This document shows positions 9,244-18,694 of a stretch of 64,000 nucleotides of DNA, one piece after another. The notes beneath the pieces are model-generated. The model saw only the letters and a list, made by a program, of their open reading frames with translations, had not been told where the DNA came from and ran no database searches. Each line of letters opens with the position of its first letter. The stretch's first letter is position 1. This DNA comes from an uncultured Chloroflexia bacterium (GTDB taxonomy: Bacteria; Chloroflexota; Limnocylindria; Limnocylindrales; CSP1-4): contig CAVVNQ010000006.1 of the NCBI GenBank assembly GCA_963749705.1, forward strand, positions 96,001-160,000. Reading direction: 5' to 3'. The position numbers and the translations under genes are program-made.

Positions 9244-9582
9244 CTACGCGGCGCCCGCCAGCACGGGGGCCTGGCGCCGCTCCTCTTCGGCGATCCGGGC
9301 AGCTTCGATGGCCGCCGCCCGTGCCGCGCGGCGCGCCGCCTGCTCCTCGGCCGCGATCCGGGTCACCAGCTCGGCCAGCCGGGGCGTCTCGAACAGGCTG
9401 AACCCGACGCCGATCTCGGCCAGGTCATCGTGGCCCATGCCGCGAAACAGGCCCCGCGTCGCGACCGCGCACATCTCGTCGTACAGCTCCGGCCAGCCGA
9501 CGCGTCGGCGCTGATAGCAGAACTTGACGAACGCCTCGGCCTCAGGGGTCGACGGACAGGCGGCGGGGCCGGCGGGCAGCAT
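9244..9582 (-). CDS. Hypothetical protein
   Basis: AAGGA RBS; protein-like core FVKFCYQRRRVGWPELYDEMCAVA..GLF. Confidence 0.65.
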   Translation of the reverse strand: MLPAGPAACPSTPEAEAFVKFCYQRRRVGWPELYDEMCAVATRGLFRGMGHDDLAEIGVGFSLFETPRLAELVTRIAAEEQAARRAARAAAIEAARIAEEERRQAPVLAGAA

Positions 9583-9864
9583 CGATAAAGGTTCCTTCCA
9601 CTCCCACGGGGATCCGGGCTCGGTCGACAGCAGCGCGGATCGTGCGCGACCGTCGACGGTGATGATTGCGATGTCGCCGCCCCTCCCTCGTCCTCCGACG
9701 ACGACCCCGCAATGCTACGCCGACCGCCGGGGGCCACGGTAGGGGCTTCTCCACCATGTTGCCCCCCGACTTGTCCACACCAATTCCGAGTCGGTGGACA
9801 GGACCTCGAGATGCCCCGAAGGCTGTGGATCCATCCTCCGCCGGGTGTGCTTGCCCCGCCGCGA

Positions 9865-10938
9865 TCAGCGCCGGGACAGCCCCAGTCCGGGGGCGTCGGG
9901 CAGCCGCCAGCGCTTGTCAGGCCCGAGCTCGAGGCCCGCAACCGGGTCGTCGTCGAGCAGCAGGCAGCCGTCGAGGTCCACCCATTCCGCGAGCGGGGCC
10001 ACGGCCGCCGATGCCGCGATCCCCACCGACGTCTCCTCCATGCAGCCGAGGAACGTCCGGAACCCGAGCTCTCTGGCGCGCGTCAGCATCCGCCCGGCCG
10101 GGCCCATCCCCCCGCACTTCGCGAGCTTGACGTTCACGCCATCGACGACGCCGACCAGCGCATCCAGGTCCTCGATCGTGACCGCGCTCTCGTCGGCGAC
10201 GACCGGGAGCGAGGAGCGCTCCTGGAGCCAGCGCAGCTGGTCGAGACGGCGGGCCGGGAACGGCTGCTCGATCAGCTCCACGCCGAGCCGCTCCAGGTGC
10301 GGCAGCATCGCCACGGCCCCCTCCGGCGTCCAGCCCGTGTTGGCGTCGACCCGGATCGGACCGCCGAACACGACCCGGACCGCCTCCAGCGTCTCGATGT
10401 CGGCAGGCCCCCCGACCTTGACCTTGAGCGCCGGAAAGTCCCCTGCCCGCCGGGCGCGCTCGGCGACCACGGCCGGCTCGTCGATGCCCAGCGTGAAGTC
10501 GGTGGGTGGGATCTGACCGGGGATGTCGAGGATCGCCCGCACCGGCAGGCCCAGCCGCTTGCCCACCAGGTCGTGGAGGGCGATGTCGATCGCGCACTTG
10601 ATCGCGCCGTGGTGCCCGATGGCCGCATGCATCAGGCCGTCGGCCGCCTCGAGCGCTGCCCGAACATCGTCGAGCGAGCCGCGCAGGTCGGCCTCGACGG
10701 GGGCGAGCGCCTCGAGCAGTCGCGGAGCCACCGCTGCCATCGTCTCGGGGGTCTCGCCGTAGTAGGGGCCCGGGTAGCCCTCACCCAGCCCGAACGGACC
10801 GTCGGGACCGTCCGCCTCGTCGCGCAGCTCGACCAGGACGGTCGTCACGGCTCGACCCGCGCCGTGCGACGCCCGGGCGATCACGAACGGGTCCCGCAGC
10901 GCCAGGACCAGCGTCTCGAGCCGGAGGGTCAGGCTCAC
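9865..10938 (-). CDS. Enolase-superfamily dipeptide epimerase / N-acetyl-D-Glu racemase (AEE/DgcA-like)
   Basis: KVK, DAN, EQP, ADES, NVKLAKCGG, GCM.E and DLDG motifs; GTG start overlaps stop of DUF1611 gene. Confidence 0.9.
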   Translation of the reverse strand: MSLTLRLETLVLALRDPFVIARASHGAGRAVTTVLVELRDEADGPDGPFGLGEGYPGPYYGETPETMAAVAPRLLEALAPVEADLRGSLDDVRAALEAADGLMHAAIGHHGAIKCAIDIALHDLVGKRLGLPVRAILDIPGQIPPTDFTLGIDEPAVVAERARRAGDFPALKVKVGGPADIETLEAVRVVFGGPIRVDANTGWTPEGAVAMLPHLERLGVELIEQPFPARRLDQLRWLQERSSLPVVADESAVTIEDLDALVGVVDGVNVKLAKCGGMGPAGRMLTRARELGFRTFLGCMEETSVGIAASAAVAPLAEWVDLDGCLLLDDDPVAGLELGPDKRWRLPDAPGLGLSRR

Positions 10939-12074
10939 GTCGCCGGCCCCGGCTCGTCTTCCGGCAGCGTGACCCAGGGCAGCCCGTCGACCGCGGCCAT
11001 GATCTCGTCCCACAGCGCGCCGCCACCGAACCGGACCGGGTCGTCGCACGGAAGGCCGGTCTCGGCCGCCGTGGCCTCGATGATCCGGCGCGCCTCGGCC
11101 TCGTCATGGATCAGCGAGGTGTTGAGCGCGACGGCGACGACGCGGGACGGCGCCACGACGGCGGCGAGCTCCTCGTGCAGCCTGATGAACCCGGGCAGCG
11201 CGGCGATCGGGAACCGGGCGTCGGGCACGTGCTCGAAGTCGTGATCGGCCATGCCCGGCTTGTGGACCATCACCATCGCGTGCGGCGTTGCGCCGTGGAT
11301 CAGGCCCAGGGTCACGCTGCTGTAGGCGGGGTGGTCGAGCGAACCCTGGCCCTCGACGATCACCCAGTCGCCGCGCTCCTCGCCCTCCTCGATCAGCCAC
11401 TCGACCGTGCCCTGGAGGAAGTCCGCGATGACCCGGTCGACGGCGACACCCCAGCCCTCGATCATGATCCCCGTCTGCCCGGTGGGCACGAACGCGGCCG
11501 AGCACCCGGCGGCCACCGCCGCGCGCCGCAGCTCGAGCGCGACCGACATCTTGCCGATGGCGCAGTCGGTGGCGACCGTCAGCAGCACGCGCTTGCCCGG
11601 ACCGTGGCGGCGCCCGACCGCGGTCTCCTCGCGCTCCGGCGGCCGGCGATAGTCGACGATCCGGACACCCGACGCCCGTGCGGCCTCCGCGAACTCCGGG
11701 TCGTCGCCCAGGAACGTGTGCAGCCCCGACAGGACGTCGAGGCCGGCCCGGATGGCGGCCAGGATCGCCTGACGCCACTCGTCGGGCAGCCTGCCGCCGG
11801 TGGGTGCGATGCCCACGAGCATCGCGTTGGCGCGGGGCACGAACCCGATCGCGTCGCTCAGCGTGGCGACGATCGGGATGTCGAAGCGCCCGCTGTCGCC
11901 CAGCCACTCGCGGACGTTGCGGCCGGCCTGCGTCGAGTCGATCACGGCAACGACGCGGTCCGATCCGTAGCGGATCACGCCCATGGCGGTCTTGCCGTGA
12001 TGGAACCCGAAGTTGCCTTCGGCAAGGATCACGAGGCGGCGGTCGGCGATCGGGGGCATCGGCGTCTCGGGCAC
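10935..12074 (-). CDS. DUF1611 domain protein (DgcN-like D-Glu N-acetyltransferase)
   Basis: GKTA.G..RY, SGLH, TDCAIGKM, TGQTG, EGQGSL.HP.YS and DPVR motifs. Confidence 0.9.
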   Translation of the reverse strand: MPETPMPPIADRRLVILAEGNFGFHHGKTAMGVIRYGSDRVVAVIDSTQAGRNVREWLGDSGRFDIPIVATLSDAIGFVPRANAMLVGIAPTGGRLPDEWRQAILAAIRAGLDVLSGLHTFLGDDPEFAEAARASGVRIVDYRRPPEREETAVGRRHGPGKRVLLTVATDCAIGKMSVALELRRAAVAAGCSAAFVPTGQTGIMIEGWGVAVDRVIADFLQGTVEWLIEEGEERGDWVIVEGQGSLDHPAYSSVTLGLIHGATPHAMVMVHKPGMADHDFEHVPDARFPIAALPGFIRLHEELAAVVAPSRVVAVALNTSLIHDEAEARRIIEATAAETGLPCDDPVRFGGGALWDEIMAAVDGLPWVTLPEDEPGPAT

Positions 12075-12161
12075 CAGGTGCGATGGCAGGGATGGCGCCG
12101 AGTCTAGGCCATCGGACCACCGGCGCGACGGGCGACCGTCGTCGGTCGACCAGCGGGCCGC

Positions 12162-12779
12162 CTACTCCGCCGGGCTCCCGGGTCCCGCCAGCCCGCGCAG
12201 GACGAGATCGATCACCAGGAGCCTCGCGCGCTCGGTCCGCACGTCGTGCGCGCTGCGCAGGTGGACGAACGTCCAGCACACGGTGTTGAACACGACCTCG
12301 GCGGTCTCGGCCAGGTCGGTGTCGACCGGTCGGAGGCTGCCGTCGGCCGCGCCCTCGGACAGGAACCGGGCGAAGGGATCGACGAAGTTCACCCCGGCCG
12401 CGCCGTGCTGCACGCGGAACCCGTGGTGGAACGCACGATCGGACGCGACGAGGAGCGGCAGATGACGGTCGATGACGTCGCACAGCCGGTCGAGTCCCAG
12501 CCGCAGCCGCTGCGCGCCGGTTCCATCGGCCGTGAGCACCGGCCACAGCGTCTCGCGGAAGTCGACCCCGAGCCGGTCGAGCAGGGCGCCGATCAGCCGC
12601 TCCCGGGTGATGCCCTGGCGCCAGGTCGTGACCCGGGACATCCCGGCGCGCTCGGCGACCCGCTCCTGGGTGAGCCCGTCCCACCCGGACTCGGCCAGGA
12701 CCGCCGTTGCGGCATCGACCAGGCGAGCATCGAGTGCGCTCGCCGATTCGTCGCGGGTGGGCTGGTCCGAGGCTTGCAT
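12162..12779 (-). CDS. TetR/AcrR family transcriptional regulator
   Basis: LVDAATAVLAESGWDGLTQERVAERAGMSRVT.WR HTH. Confidence 0.85.
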   Translation of the reverse strand: MQASDQPTRDESASALDARLVDAATAVLAESGWDGLTQERVAERAGMSRVTTWRQGITRERLIGALLDRLGVDFRETLWPVLTADGTGAQRLRLGLDRLCDVIDRHLPLLVASDRAFHHGFRVQHGAAGVNFVDPFARFLSEGAADGSLRPVDTDLAETAEVVFNTVCWTFVHLRSAHDVRTERARLLVIDLVLRGLAGPGSPAE

Positions 12780-12820
12780 CATGACAGGGATCATACCAGT
12801 CCATGAGCACCTGTGCACCC

Positions 12821-12850
12821 TTGACGCAACAGGAATGTTTCGCCTAGGAT
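12821..12850 (+). promoter_or_regulatory. Sigma70-type promoter for the HIT-chrA-LLM operon
   Basis: TTGACG-18 bp-TAGGAT, followed by AAGGAGGT RBS. Confidence 0.6.
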
Positions 12851-12883
12851 GCCCGCAGGATACATCGAGAAAGGAGGTCCCCG

Positions 12884-13381
12884 ATGCAACTGCCGTACCA
12901 GGAGCCGCACGTGCCGCGCCGGCCCGGCGCGCGGGTGATCCCGGAGCCACCGCGGCGTGGCGAACCCGGCGGGGCGCCGTGCGGGATCTGCTCCCGCGAG
13001 ATGAGCAGCGAGGTGTGGTCGGACGAGCACTGGACCCTCCATCCGGCGGTCAGCGGCAGCCTGCCCGGGACGGTCTGGCTCGCGAGCCGGGTCCACGTCG
13101 ACTCGTTCGCCGACCTGCCACCGGCGGAGGCAGCCGCGTTCGGCCCCGTCGTGGCCCGCGTCGAGCGCGCGATCCTGAGCCTGGGCGACATCGGGCGCGT
13201 CCACCTCTACCGGTGGGGCGATGGCGGGGCGCACTTCCACGTCTGGTTCATCCCGCGCCCGCTGGGAATGCTCGAGGCGTCGGGCATGATGCTGCCGCTC
13301 TGGGAGGACGTCCTGCCCAACGTGACGGACGCGGAGCTCGCGGATGCGGCGCGGCGCGTCGCCGCGGCCATGGACGGCTGA
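12884..13381 (+). CDS. HIT-like family protein
   Basis: CGIC, R.HVDS..DL and GGAHFHVW..PRP motifs. Confidence 0.75.
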   Translation: MQLPYQEPHVPRRPGARVIPEPPRRGEPGGAPCGICSREMSSEVWSDEHWTLHPAVSGSLPGTVWLASRVHVDSFADLPPAEAAAFGPVVARVERAILSLGDIGRVHLYRWGDGGAHFHVWFIPRPLGMLEASGMMLPLWEDVLPNVTDAELADAARRVAAAMDG

Positions 13382-13385
13382 GGTC

Positions 13386-14567
13386 GTGCCCCGACCGTCG
13401 TCCGCGCTCGAGGTGCTCCTGGTCGCAACCAGGCTCGGCCTGACCTCGTTCGGCGGCCCGGTCGCGCACCTCGGCTACTTCCGCCGCGAATACGTCGAGC
13501 GCCGGCGGTGGCTCGATGACGCGACGTACGCGGAGCTGGTCGCGCTGTGCCAGTTCCTGCCCGGTCCCGCCAGCAGCCAGCTCGGGATCGCGATCGGGAC
13601 CCGGCGCGCCGGCATGATCGGCGGGATCGCCGCCTGGATCGGCTTCACCCTTCCCTCGGCGGTGGCGCTGGTCGCCTTCGGGCTGCTGACGGCGTCTACC
13701 GACGTGTCGAATGCGGGCTGGGTCCACGGGCTGAAGCTGGCGGCCGTCGCCGTCGTGGCCCAGGCGGTCTACCTCATGGCCAGGCGCCTCGCTCCCGACT
13801 GGCGCCGGCGTGGCCTGGCGGCCATCGCCGCCGGGATCTCGCTGGCCTGGGCGACGCCACTCTCGCAGGTCGCGATCATCGCCGGCGGGGCGCTCGCTGG
13901 CTGGCTGCTCATCTCGGCGCCGGCCGCGACGACCGACACCGAGGAGACCAGCCCGGTGTCGAGGCGTACCGGAATCGTCGCCCTCGCGTTGTTCTTCGTC
14001 CTGCTGGCGGTGCTGCCCGGGCTGCGCGCGCTGGACGGACAGCCCGTCGCGCTCGTCGATACCTTCTACCGCGTCGGGGCGCTCGTGTTCGGCGGGGGGC
14101 ACGTGGTGCTGCCGCTGCTGCACAGCAGCGTGGTCGATCCCGGTTGGGTCAGCAACGACCGCTTCCTCGCCGGCTATGGCGCCGCGCAGGCCGTCCCGGG
14201 CCCCCTGTTCAGCTTCTCCGCGTACCTGGGCAGCGTCGGATCGCTGGCACCCGCCGGGGTCGTCGGTGCCGCGCTCGCGCTCGGCGCGATCTACCTGCCG
14301 TCGTTCCTGCTGATCTTCGGGACGCTGCCGTTCTGGCACCGGCTGCGGGCGTCCGTCGGGTTCCGGCGAGCGCTGGCGGGCACGAACGCCGCGGTGGTCG
14401 GCCTCCTGCTCGCGGCGCTGTACACGCCGATCTGGACCAGCGCCGTGCACGCGCCGATCGACGTGGCGATCGCCGGTGTCGGGCTCGTCGCGCTCATGAC
14501 CGGCCGGGTGCCCCCGATCGCTCTCGTCACGGCCTGCGCGCTGGCTGGACAGCTCATCGGCGCCTGA
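13386..14567 (+). CDS. chrA: Chromate efflux transporter (CHR family)
   Basis: LGLTSFGGPVAHLGYF, CQFLPGPASSQ, FGGGHVVLP and AQAVPGP motifs. Confidence 0.93.
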   Translation: MPRPSSALEVLLVATRLGLTSFGGPVAHLGYFRREYVERRRWLDDATYAELVALCQFLPGPASSQLGIAIGTRRAGMIGGIAAWIGFTLPSAVALVAFGLLTASTDVSNAGWVHGLKLAAVAVVAQAVYLMARRLAPDWRRRGLAAIAAGISLAWATPLSQVAIIAGGALAGWLLISAPAATTDTEETSPVSRRTGIVALALFFVLLAVLPGLRALDGQPVALVDTFYRVGALVFGGGHVVLPLLHSSVVDPGWVSNDRFLAGYGAAQAVPGPLFSFSAYLGSVGSLAPAGVVGAALALGAIYLPSFLLIFGTLPFWHRLRASVGFRRALAGTNAAVVGLLLAALYTPIWTSAVHAPIDVAIAGVGLVALMTGRVPPIALVTACALAGQLIGA

Positions 14568-14591
14568 TCGGCGCCAGAAAGGAGGAAGGTC

Positions 14592-15422
14592 GTGCAGTTC
14601 GGCGTGATCCTGCCGGGTGGAACCGCGGACGAGCAGCTGGACCAGGCCGTGCTCGCGGAGGCGGCCGGCTGGGACGGCATCTTCGTGTGGGAGGCGGCCT
14701 ACGGGGTCGATGCCTGGACGCTCCTCGGGGCGATGGCGTCCGTCACCCGCCGGATCCAGCTCGGGACCCTCCTGACGCCACTGCCCTGGCGCCGGCCGTG
14801 GAAGCTCGCGAGCCAGGTCGCCACGCTCGATCAGCTGTCCGGCGGCCGAGCCATCCTCACCGTCGGCATCGGAGCGCTGAACGAGGACCTGCCGATGACC
14901 GGCGAGGTCACCGACGTCAAGGCGCGAGCCGCGCTCCTCGACGAGGGCATCGATCTCCTGCACGAGCTGTGGTCCGGTAGCCAGCATCACCGCGGCAAGG
15001 CCTACCAGTTCGAGTGCGAGCTCCCCGACCAGATCCAGGTGGGCCGGCCGGTCCAGGAACGGATCCCGATCTGGGTCGTCGGGGTATGGCCGGTGGAGAC
15101 GTCCATGCGTCGCGTGCTGCGATGCGATGGCGTGGTGCCCCAGTACAACCTCGATGGCCGCGAGGAAGGTCCCGCCGACGCCCGCGCGGTCCATGCCTGG
15201 CTCACCGCGCACGGCGCTCGCGAAGGGTTCGACATCGTGGCGCAGGGAGAGACACCGGCGGCGGCCGACGCCGCGTCGAGCATCGTCCGGCCATGGGCCG
15301 ATGCCGGATGCACGTGGTGGCTCGAGACCAACTGGGAGATGCCACACCACGCCGACGAGCGGATGACGCAGATCCGCCAGCGGATCGCCGCCGGACCCCC
15401 GACGATCCGCCCGGTGGTCTGA
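14592..15422 (+). CDS. LLM class flavin-dependent oxidoreductase
   Basis: AEAAGWDG.F.WE and RRPWKLASQVATLDQLSGGR motifs; AGGAGG RBS. Confidence 0.88.
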   Translation: MQFGVILPGGTADEQLDQAVLAEAAGWDGIFVWEAAYGVDAWTLLGAMASVTRRIQLGTLLTPLPWRRPWKLASQVATLDQLSGGRAILTVGIGALNEDLPMTGEVTDVKARAALLDEGIDLLHELWSGSQHHRGKAYQFECELPDQIQVGRPVQERIPIWVVGVWPVETSMRRVLRCDGVVPQYNLDGREEGPADARAVHAWLTAHGAREGFDIVAQGETPAAADAASSIVRPWADAGCTWWLETNWEMPHHADERMTQIRQRIAAGPPTIRPVV

Positions 15423-15606
15423 CGGCATGCCCTGTGGCGGTTGCCAACCGCCACAACACGTCCTCCGACGATGTCCCCGAGACCGCGCCCCGAGCATCGC
15501 AGCGCTCGCTGCTCCCGTAACGATGTGGGAACGGTCAACGGCGACCATTCGCCTGAGGGTCCGGGCACGAGGATCGGACCGGTGTCCCAGAAAGGAAGGG
15601 AGCAGG

Positions 15607-16014
15607 GTGACCACTCGACGAAGGACACGTAGGCTGGCAGGCGTCGCCATAGGCGCGGTGGCCAGCATCGCAATCGCCACATCGGCACTGGCCTACGACT
15701 GCACGAACGCAAGCAAGCCACCGGCTTCCGGCGTGCAGGTCATCCTCAACATGCAGACCGGTGAGATCGAGTGGACGACCCCGGGTCTGGCCAACCGGGT
15801 GGGACAGGGTCTCGTCGATCCGGATACGGGCGAAGGATTCCACGGGCTCATTGGCTTCGACTTCGACGGCGATGGCACCGTCGACGTGAGCACCTGGGCC
15901 GGCGTGGGGCCGACGGGCCTGGAGATCCCCGTGCAGGCCCAGGTCAACGGGCCAGCAGACAGGGGCGTCACGAGCATCTGCCTGCTCTACCCGGAGCTGT
16001 GCGCCGGCGACTGA
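15607..16014 (+). CDS. Secreted hypothetical protein with EF-hand-like DxDxDG loop
   Basis: Signal peptide ending ALA; DFDGDGTVD; GGAG RBS before GTG. Confidence 0.6.
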   Translation: MTTRRRTRRLAGVAIGAVASIAIATSALAYDCTNASKPPASGVQVILNMQTGEIEWTTPGLANRVGQGLVDPDTGEGFHGLIGFDFDGDGTVDVSTWAGVGPTGLEIPVQAQVNGPADRGVTSICLLYPELCAGD

Positions 16015-16183
16015 TCTCCCCGCGGCGAGCCCGGCCCTCGCCGATCGATCCCGGCGGCGTCCCTGGACCCGCCGGGATCCTCACAACCTGTGGATCGCAA
16101 GCTGACTGACGCCCCCGAGCAGCGCTCGCTCCCATCAGGTGCGCCGGTGCCTCGTCGTCCGCCTCGTGTAGTAGCGTTCGGCC

Positions 16184-16474
16184 ATGAGCGAGCAGGGATG
16201 GCGTGACTTCCTTTCCGCGGAAGGCGTCGAGGATTGGGTGGTGCTCCACGGCGGTCCGACGGCGGTGTTCAGGGTCGGGTTGCGCCGCGACGTGTCGGTC
16301 GCTCGCGAGGTCGCGGAGAAGCGGCTGGCGGCCGCGCTCGCGGCCGGTGGTCACATCGTCGACGAATCGAGCGCTCCCGCGGCCTGGATCCTCGCGGACC
16401 GCGCCGGGAACAAGGTCTGCATCGCCGCCTGGCCCGATGGAGCGGCTCCGGCTGACCCCGACGCACAGGCCTGA
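16184..16474 (+). pseudogene. VOC/pterin-carbinolamine-dehydratase-like protein with apparent in-frame internal deletion
   Basis: N-terminus EGVEDWVVLHGG.TAVFRV is joined directly to VOC C-terminus DVSV......RLAAALAAGG.IVD...AP..W.LAD.AGNKVCI. Confidence 0.55.
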
Positions 16475-16482
16475 CCGCCGAC

Positions 16483-17070
16483 ATGCTTCCCGAGAACTTC
16501 GCGATCATCGGCGCCGTCATCGGTTCGCTCGGCGGCTTCTACTACCTGTACGCAACCATCGCCGGCAAGGCACAGCCCAACCGCGTCACGTGGCTGCTGT
16601 GGGGAATCTTCCCGATGGTCATCTTCGTGGCGCAGCGGGCCCAGGGTGTCGAGGGCCTGTCCTGGACCTCGTTCGTCGCCGGCTTCACGCCGTTGCTCAT
16701 CGTGGCCGCATCGCTGTTCAATCGGAAGGCCTACTGGAAGACCGAGCCCCGCGACTACTACCTGATGGCGGCGGCCATCCTCGGAATCATCCTGTGGGCG
16801 ATCACCGACGATCCGATCCTGGCAATCCTGTTCTCGCTGCTGGCCGATCTGCTGGCAGGAATACCAACGCTCATCAAGTCGTATCGCCATCCGCGCTCCG
16901 AAAGCTGGATCGCCTATGCGATCAGCACCCTTGGCTTCGGCATCAGCCTGCTGTCGGTCCAGACCTACGACGTGGAGAACACCGCCTTCGTCGCCTACAT
17001 CGTCGTGTTCAACGGCATCTGCGCATTGCTGTCATCGCGTGGTCGCAGGCGACAGCCGGTAACCAGCTGA
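16483..17070 (+). CDS. Multi-pass membrane protein (PQ-loop-like)
   Basis: G...PNRVTW..W and AGIPT..KSY..P.SE motifs; 7 hydrophobic segments. Confidence 0.7.
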   Translation: MLPENFAIIGAVIGSLGGFYYLYATIAGKAQPNRVTWLLWGIFPMVIFVAQRAQGVEGLSWTSFVAGFTPLLIVAASLFNRKAYWKTEPRDYYLMAAAILGIILWAITDDPILAILFSLLADLLAGIPTLIKSYRHPRSESWIAYAISTLGFGISLLSVQTYDVENTAFVAYIVVFNGICALLSSRGRRRQPVTS

Positions 17071-17086
17071 GCCGAACAGGACGAGC

Positions 17087-17539
17087 ATGGGAATGGGAGG
17101 ACCGCGGCGAAGGCCGGCAACGAGCGGATTGGGACGTCGACTGGCGTGGTTGGCCGCCGCGGTTGCCCTGGGAGCATTCGCGATCTACGAGGTCATCGTG
17201 CATGACCTCGGCCCGCTGCCGATCCTCATCTTCGTCCTGCTGCCCGATGTCGCGTTCCTGGCGGGGGTCGGACGGCGGCACGAGCCGGGACAGCTGCCGC
17301 CCCGGGTCGTGCCCGCCTACAACTTCGCCCACCAGCCGCGCATCCCGCTCATCCTGATCGGACTGGCCCTGGGCGCGCTGCTGATTGTCAGGCTGCTGGT
17401 CCATGCGCCCGCGCCGTACGAAGAGGCGAGGTTCATCCCGCTCGTGGTGTACGTCGCGGCGATCTCCTGGCTCGCGCACATCGCGTTCGATCGTGCGCTC
17501 GGCCTCGGTCCGCGGACAGCCGACGGCTGGCCGCGCTGA
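17087..17539 (+). CDS. DUF4260 family membrane protein
   Basis: LPD, YN.AH and W.AHI.FDRALG.G motifs. Confidence 0.75.
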   Translation: MGMGGPRRRPATSGLGRRLAWLAAAVALGAFAIYEVIVHDLGPLPILIFVLLPDVAFLAGVGRRHEPGQLPPRVVPAYNFAHQPRIPLILIGLALGALLIVRLLVHAPAPYEEARFIPLVVYVAAISWLAHIAFDRALGLGPRTADGWPR

Positions 17540-17639
17540 GCCAGGTCGGCACCGGGCGCATTCGACCCGGCAATCGCGACGCATGCCATCGAACCTCCTG
17601 CCGGCGTCAGCGGGCTGCTCCCAGCATTCGTGCCGGGGG

Positions 17640-17688
17640 TTGACATCGGCAGAGCGTAAGTGATAACTTACCGTAAGTGACTACTTAC
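17640..17688 (+). promoter_or_regulatory. Promoter (TTGACA / TGnTAACTT) with two tandem GTAAG-N6-CTTAC operators
   Basis: Palindromes at 17656-17671 and 17673-17688 overlap the -10 box and the GTG start of the ArsR gene. Confidence 0.7.
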
Positions 17689-18036
17689 GAATCAGTCATG
17701 GATGCGGTCGGAGACGGCACGCGCCGGGCGATCCTCGAGCGGCTGCTGGAGGCTCCCTCGGCGGTCGGCGAGCTTGCAGCAGGTCTGCCGGTCAGCCGCC
17801 CGGCGGTGAGCCAGCACCTGCGCGTGCTGAAGGACGCTCGCCTGGTGCAGGACCGGCAGGTCGGCACGCGGCGGATCTATGCCGTCGATCCGCAGGGCGT
17901 CCGTGAGGTGCGTGAGTACTGGGAGCGCTTCTGGTCACAGGCATTGGCGGGCTTCAAGGCGCTTGCCGACGCCGAAGCACAGCAGCGGGCCGCGAGCGAC
18001 GGCCGCAAGGAGAGTCCTGATGGTGATGGAGGCTGA
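17677..18036 (+). CDS. ArsR/SmtB family transcriptional regulator
   Basis: A.GD.TRRAIL.RL and VSRPAVSQHLRVLK.A.LV motifs. Confidence 0.9.
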   Translation: MTTYESVMDAVGDGTRRAILERLLEAPSAVGELAAGLPVSRPAVSQHLRVLKDARLVQDRQVGTRRIYAVDPQGVREVREYWERFWSQALAGFKALADAEAQQRAASDGRKESPDGDGG

Positions 18037-18472
18037 CGTGGCGCTGGAGGTGCGCAGCTCGGTGGCCGTGAAGCTGCCGCGCGACGAGGCATTCCGCCTC
18101 TTTACGGAGCGGATCGGCAGCTGGTGGCCGTTGGCGAGACACTCGGTCTACGGGGCCGATGCAGTCGAGGTGACCATGGAGCCGCGCGTCGGTGGACGCC
18201 TCTACGAATCGGCAGCCGACGGGCGCACCTCGGATTGGGGCTCGGTCACGGCGTGGCAGCCCGTCGATCGGCTCGCGGTGACCTGGCACCCAGGATATGG
18301 AGAGGAGCTGGCGACGCTGGTGGAGGTGACGTTCTCGGACACAGCCGACGGCGGCACGCAGGTCGACCTGCTCCATACGGGCTGGGAGATCCACGGCGCG
18401 ACTGCCAGCGAAGCGGCCGCCACGTACCGATCGGGTTGGCCGGGGGTGCTGGAGCGCTTCGCCAAGGCCTGA
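18020..18472 (+). CDS. SRPBCC/AHSA1 domain protein
   Basis: AF.LFT..I..WWP, T.VEVTF, H.GWE and GW..VL.RF motifs. Confidence 0.85.
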   Translation: MVMEADVALEVRSSVAVKLPRDEAFRLFTERIGSWWPLARHSVYGADAVEVTMEPRVGGRLYESAADGRTSDWGSVTAWQPVDRLAVTWHPGYGEELATLVEVTFSDTADGGTQVDLLHTGWEIHGATASEAAATYRSGWPGVLERFAKA

Positions 18473-18507
18473 ACAGGGTCCAGATGGGCGTCGGCGGGCA
18501 ACGAAGA

Positions 18508-18529
18508 GGCCCGATCCGTGGATCGGGCC
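18508..18529. terminator. Hairpin between convergent SRPBCC gene and tRNA-Glu
   Basis: GGCCCGATC-CGTG-GATCGGGCC, with TCTT tail on the minus strand. Confidence 0.6.
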
Positions 18530-18543
18530 GAAGCTGGCGGATC

Positions 18544-18620
18544 TGGTACCGCATACCGGATTCGAACCGGTGATCTCCGCCTTGAGAGGGCGGTGTCCTG
18601 GGCCTCTAGACGAATGCGGC
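18544..18620 (-). tRNA. tRNA-Glu(CTC)
   Basis: Reverse complement GCCGCATTCGTCTAGAGGCCCAGGACA-CCGCC-CTCTCAA-GGCGG..GGTTCGAATCC..ATGCGGTACCA. Confidence 0.97.
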
Positions 18621-18694
18621 GAAGGGTCTGACCGGCGCGACCGGCCGGGCGGGAGGATAGCAAGAGCCCGCGCGATCGGCAACCGAAGGGGTCG

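Noticed and set aside
7419-9582. Restriction-modification or defence system
   Set aside because: The neighbouring small ORFs lack PD-(D/E)xK, HNH or GIY-YIG motifs; the MTase is treated as an orphan.
1642-18620. Prophage or ICE suggested by an excisionase-like gene, an MTase and two tRNAs
   Set aside because: No integrase, transposase, structural or conjugation genes, and no attachment-site duplication seen.
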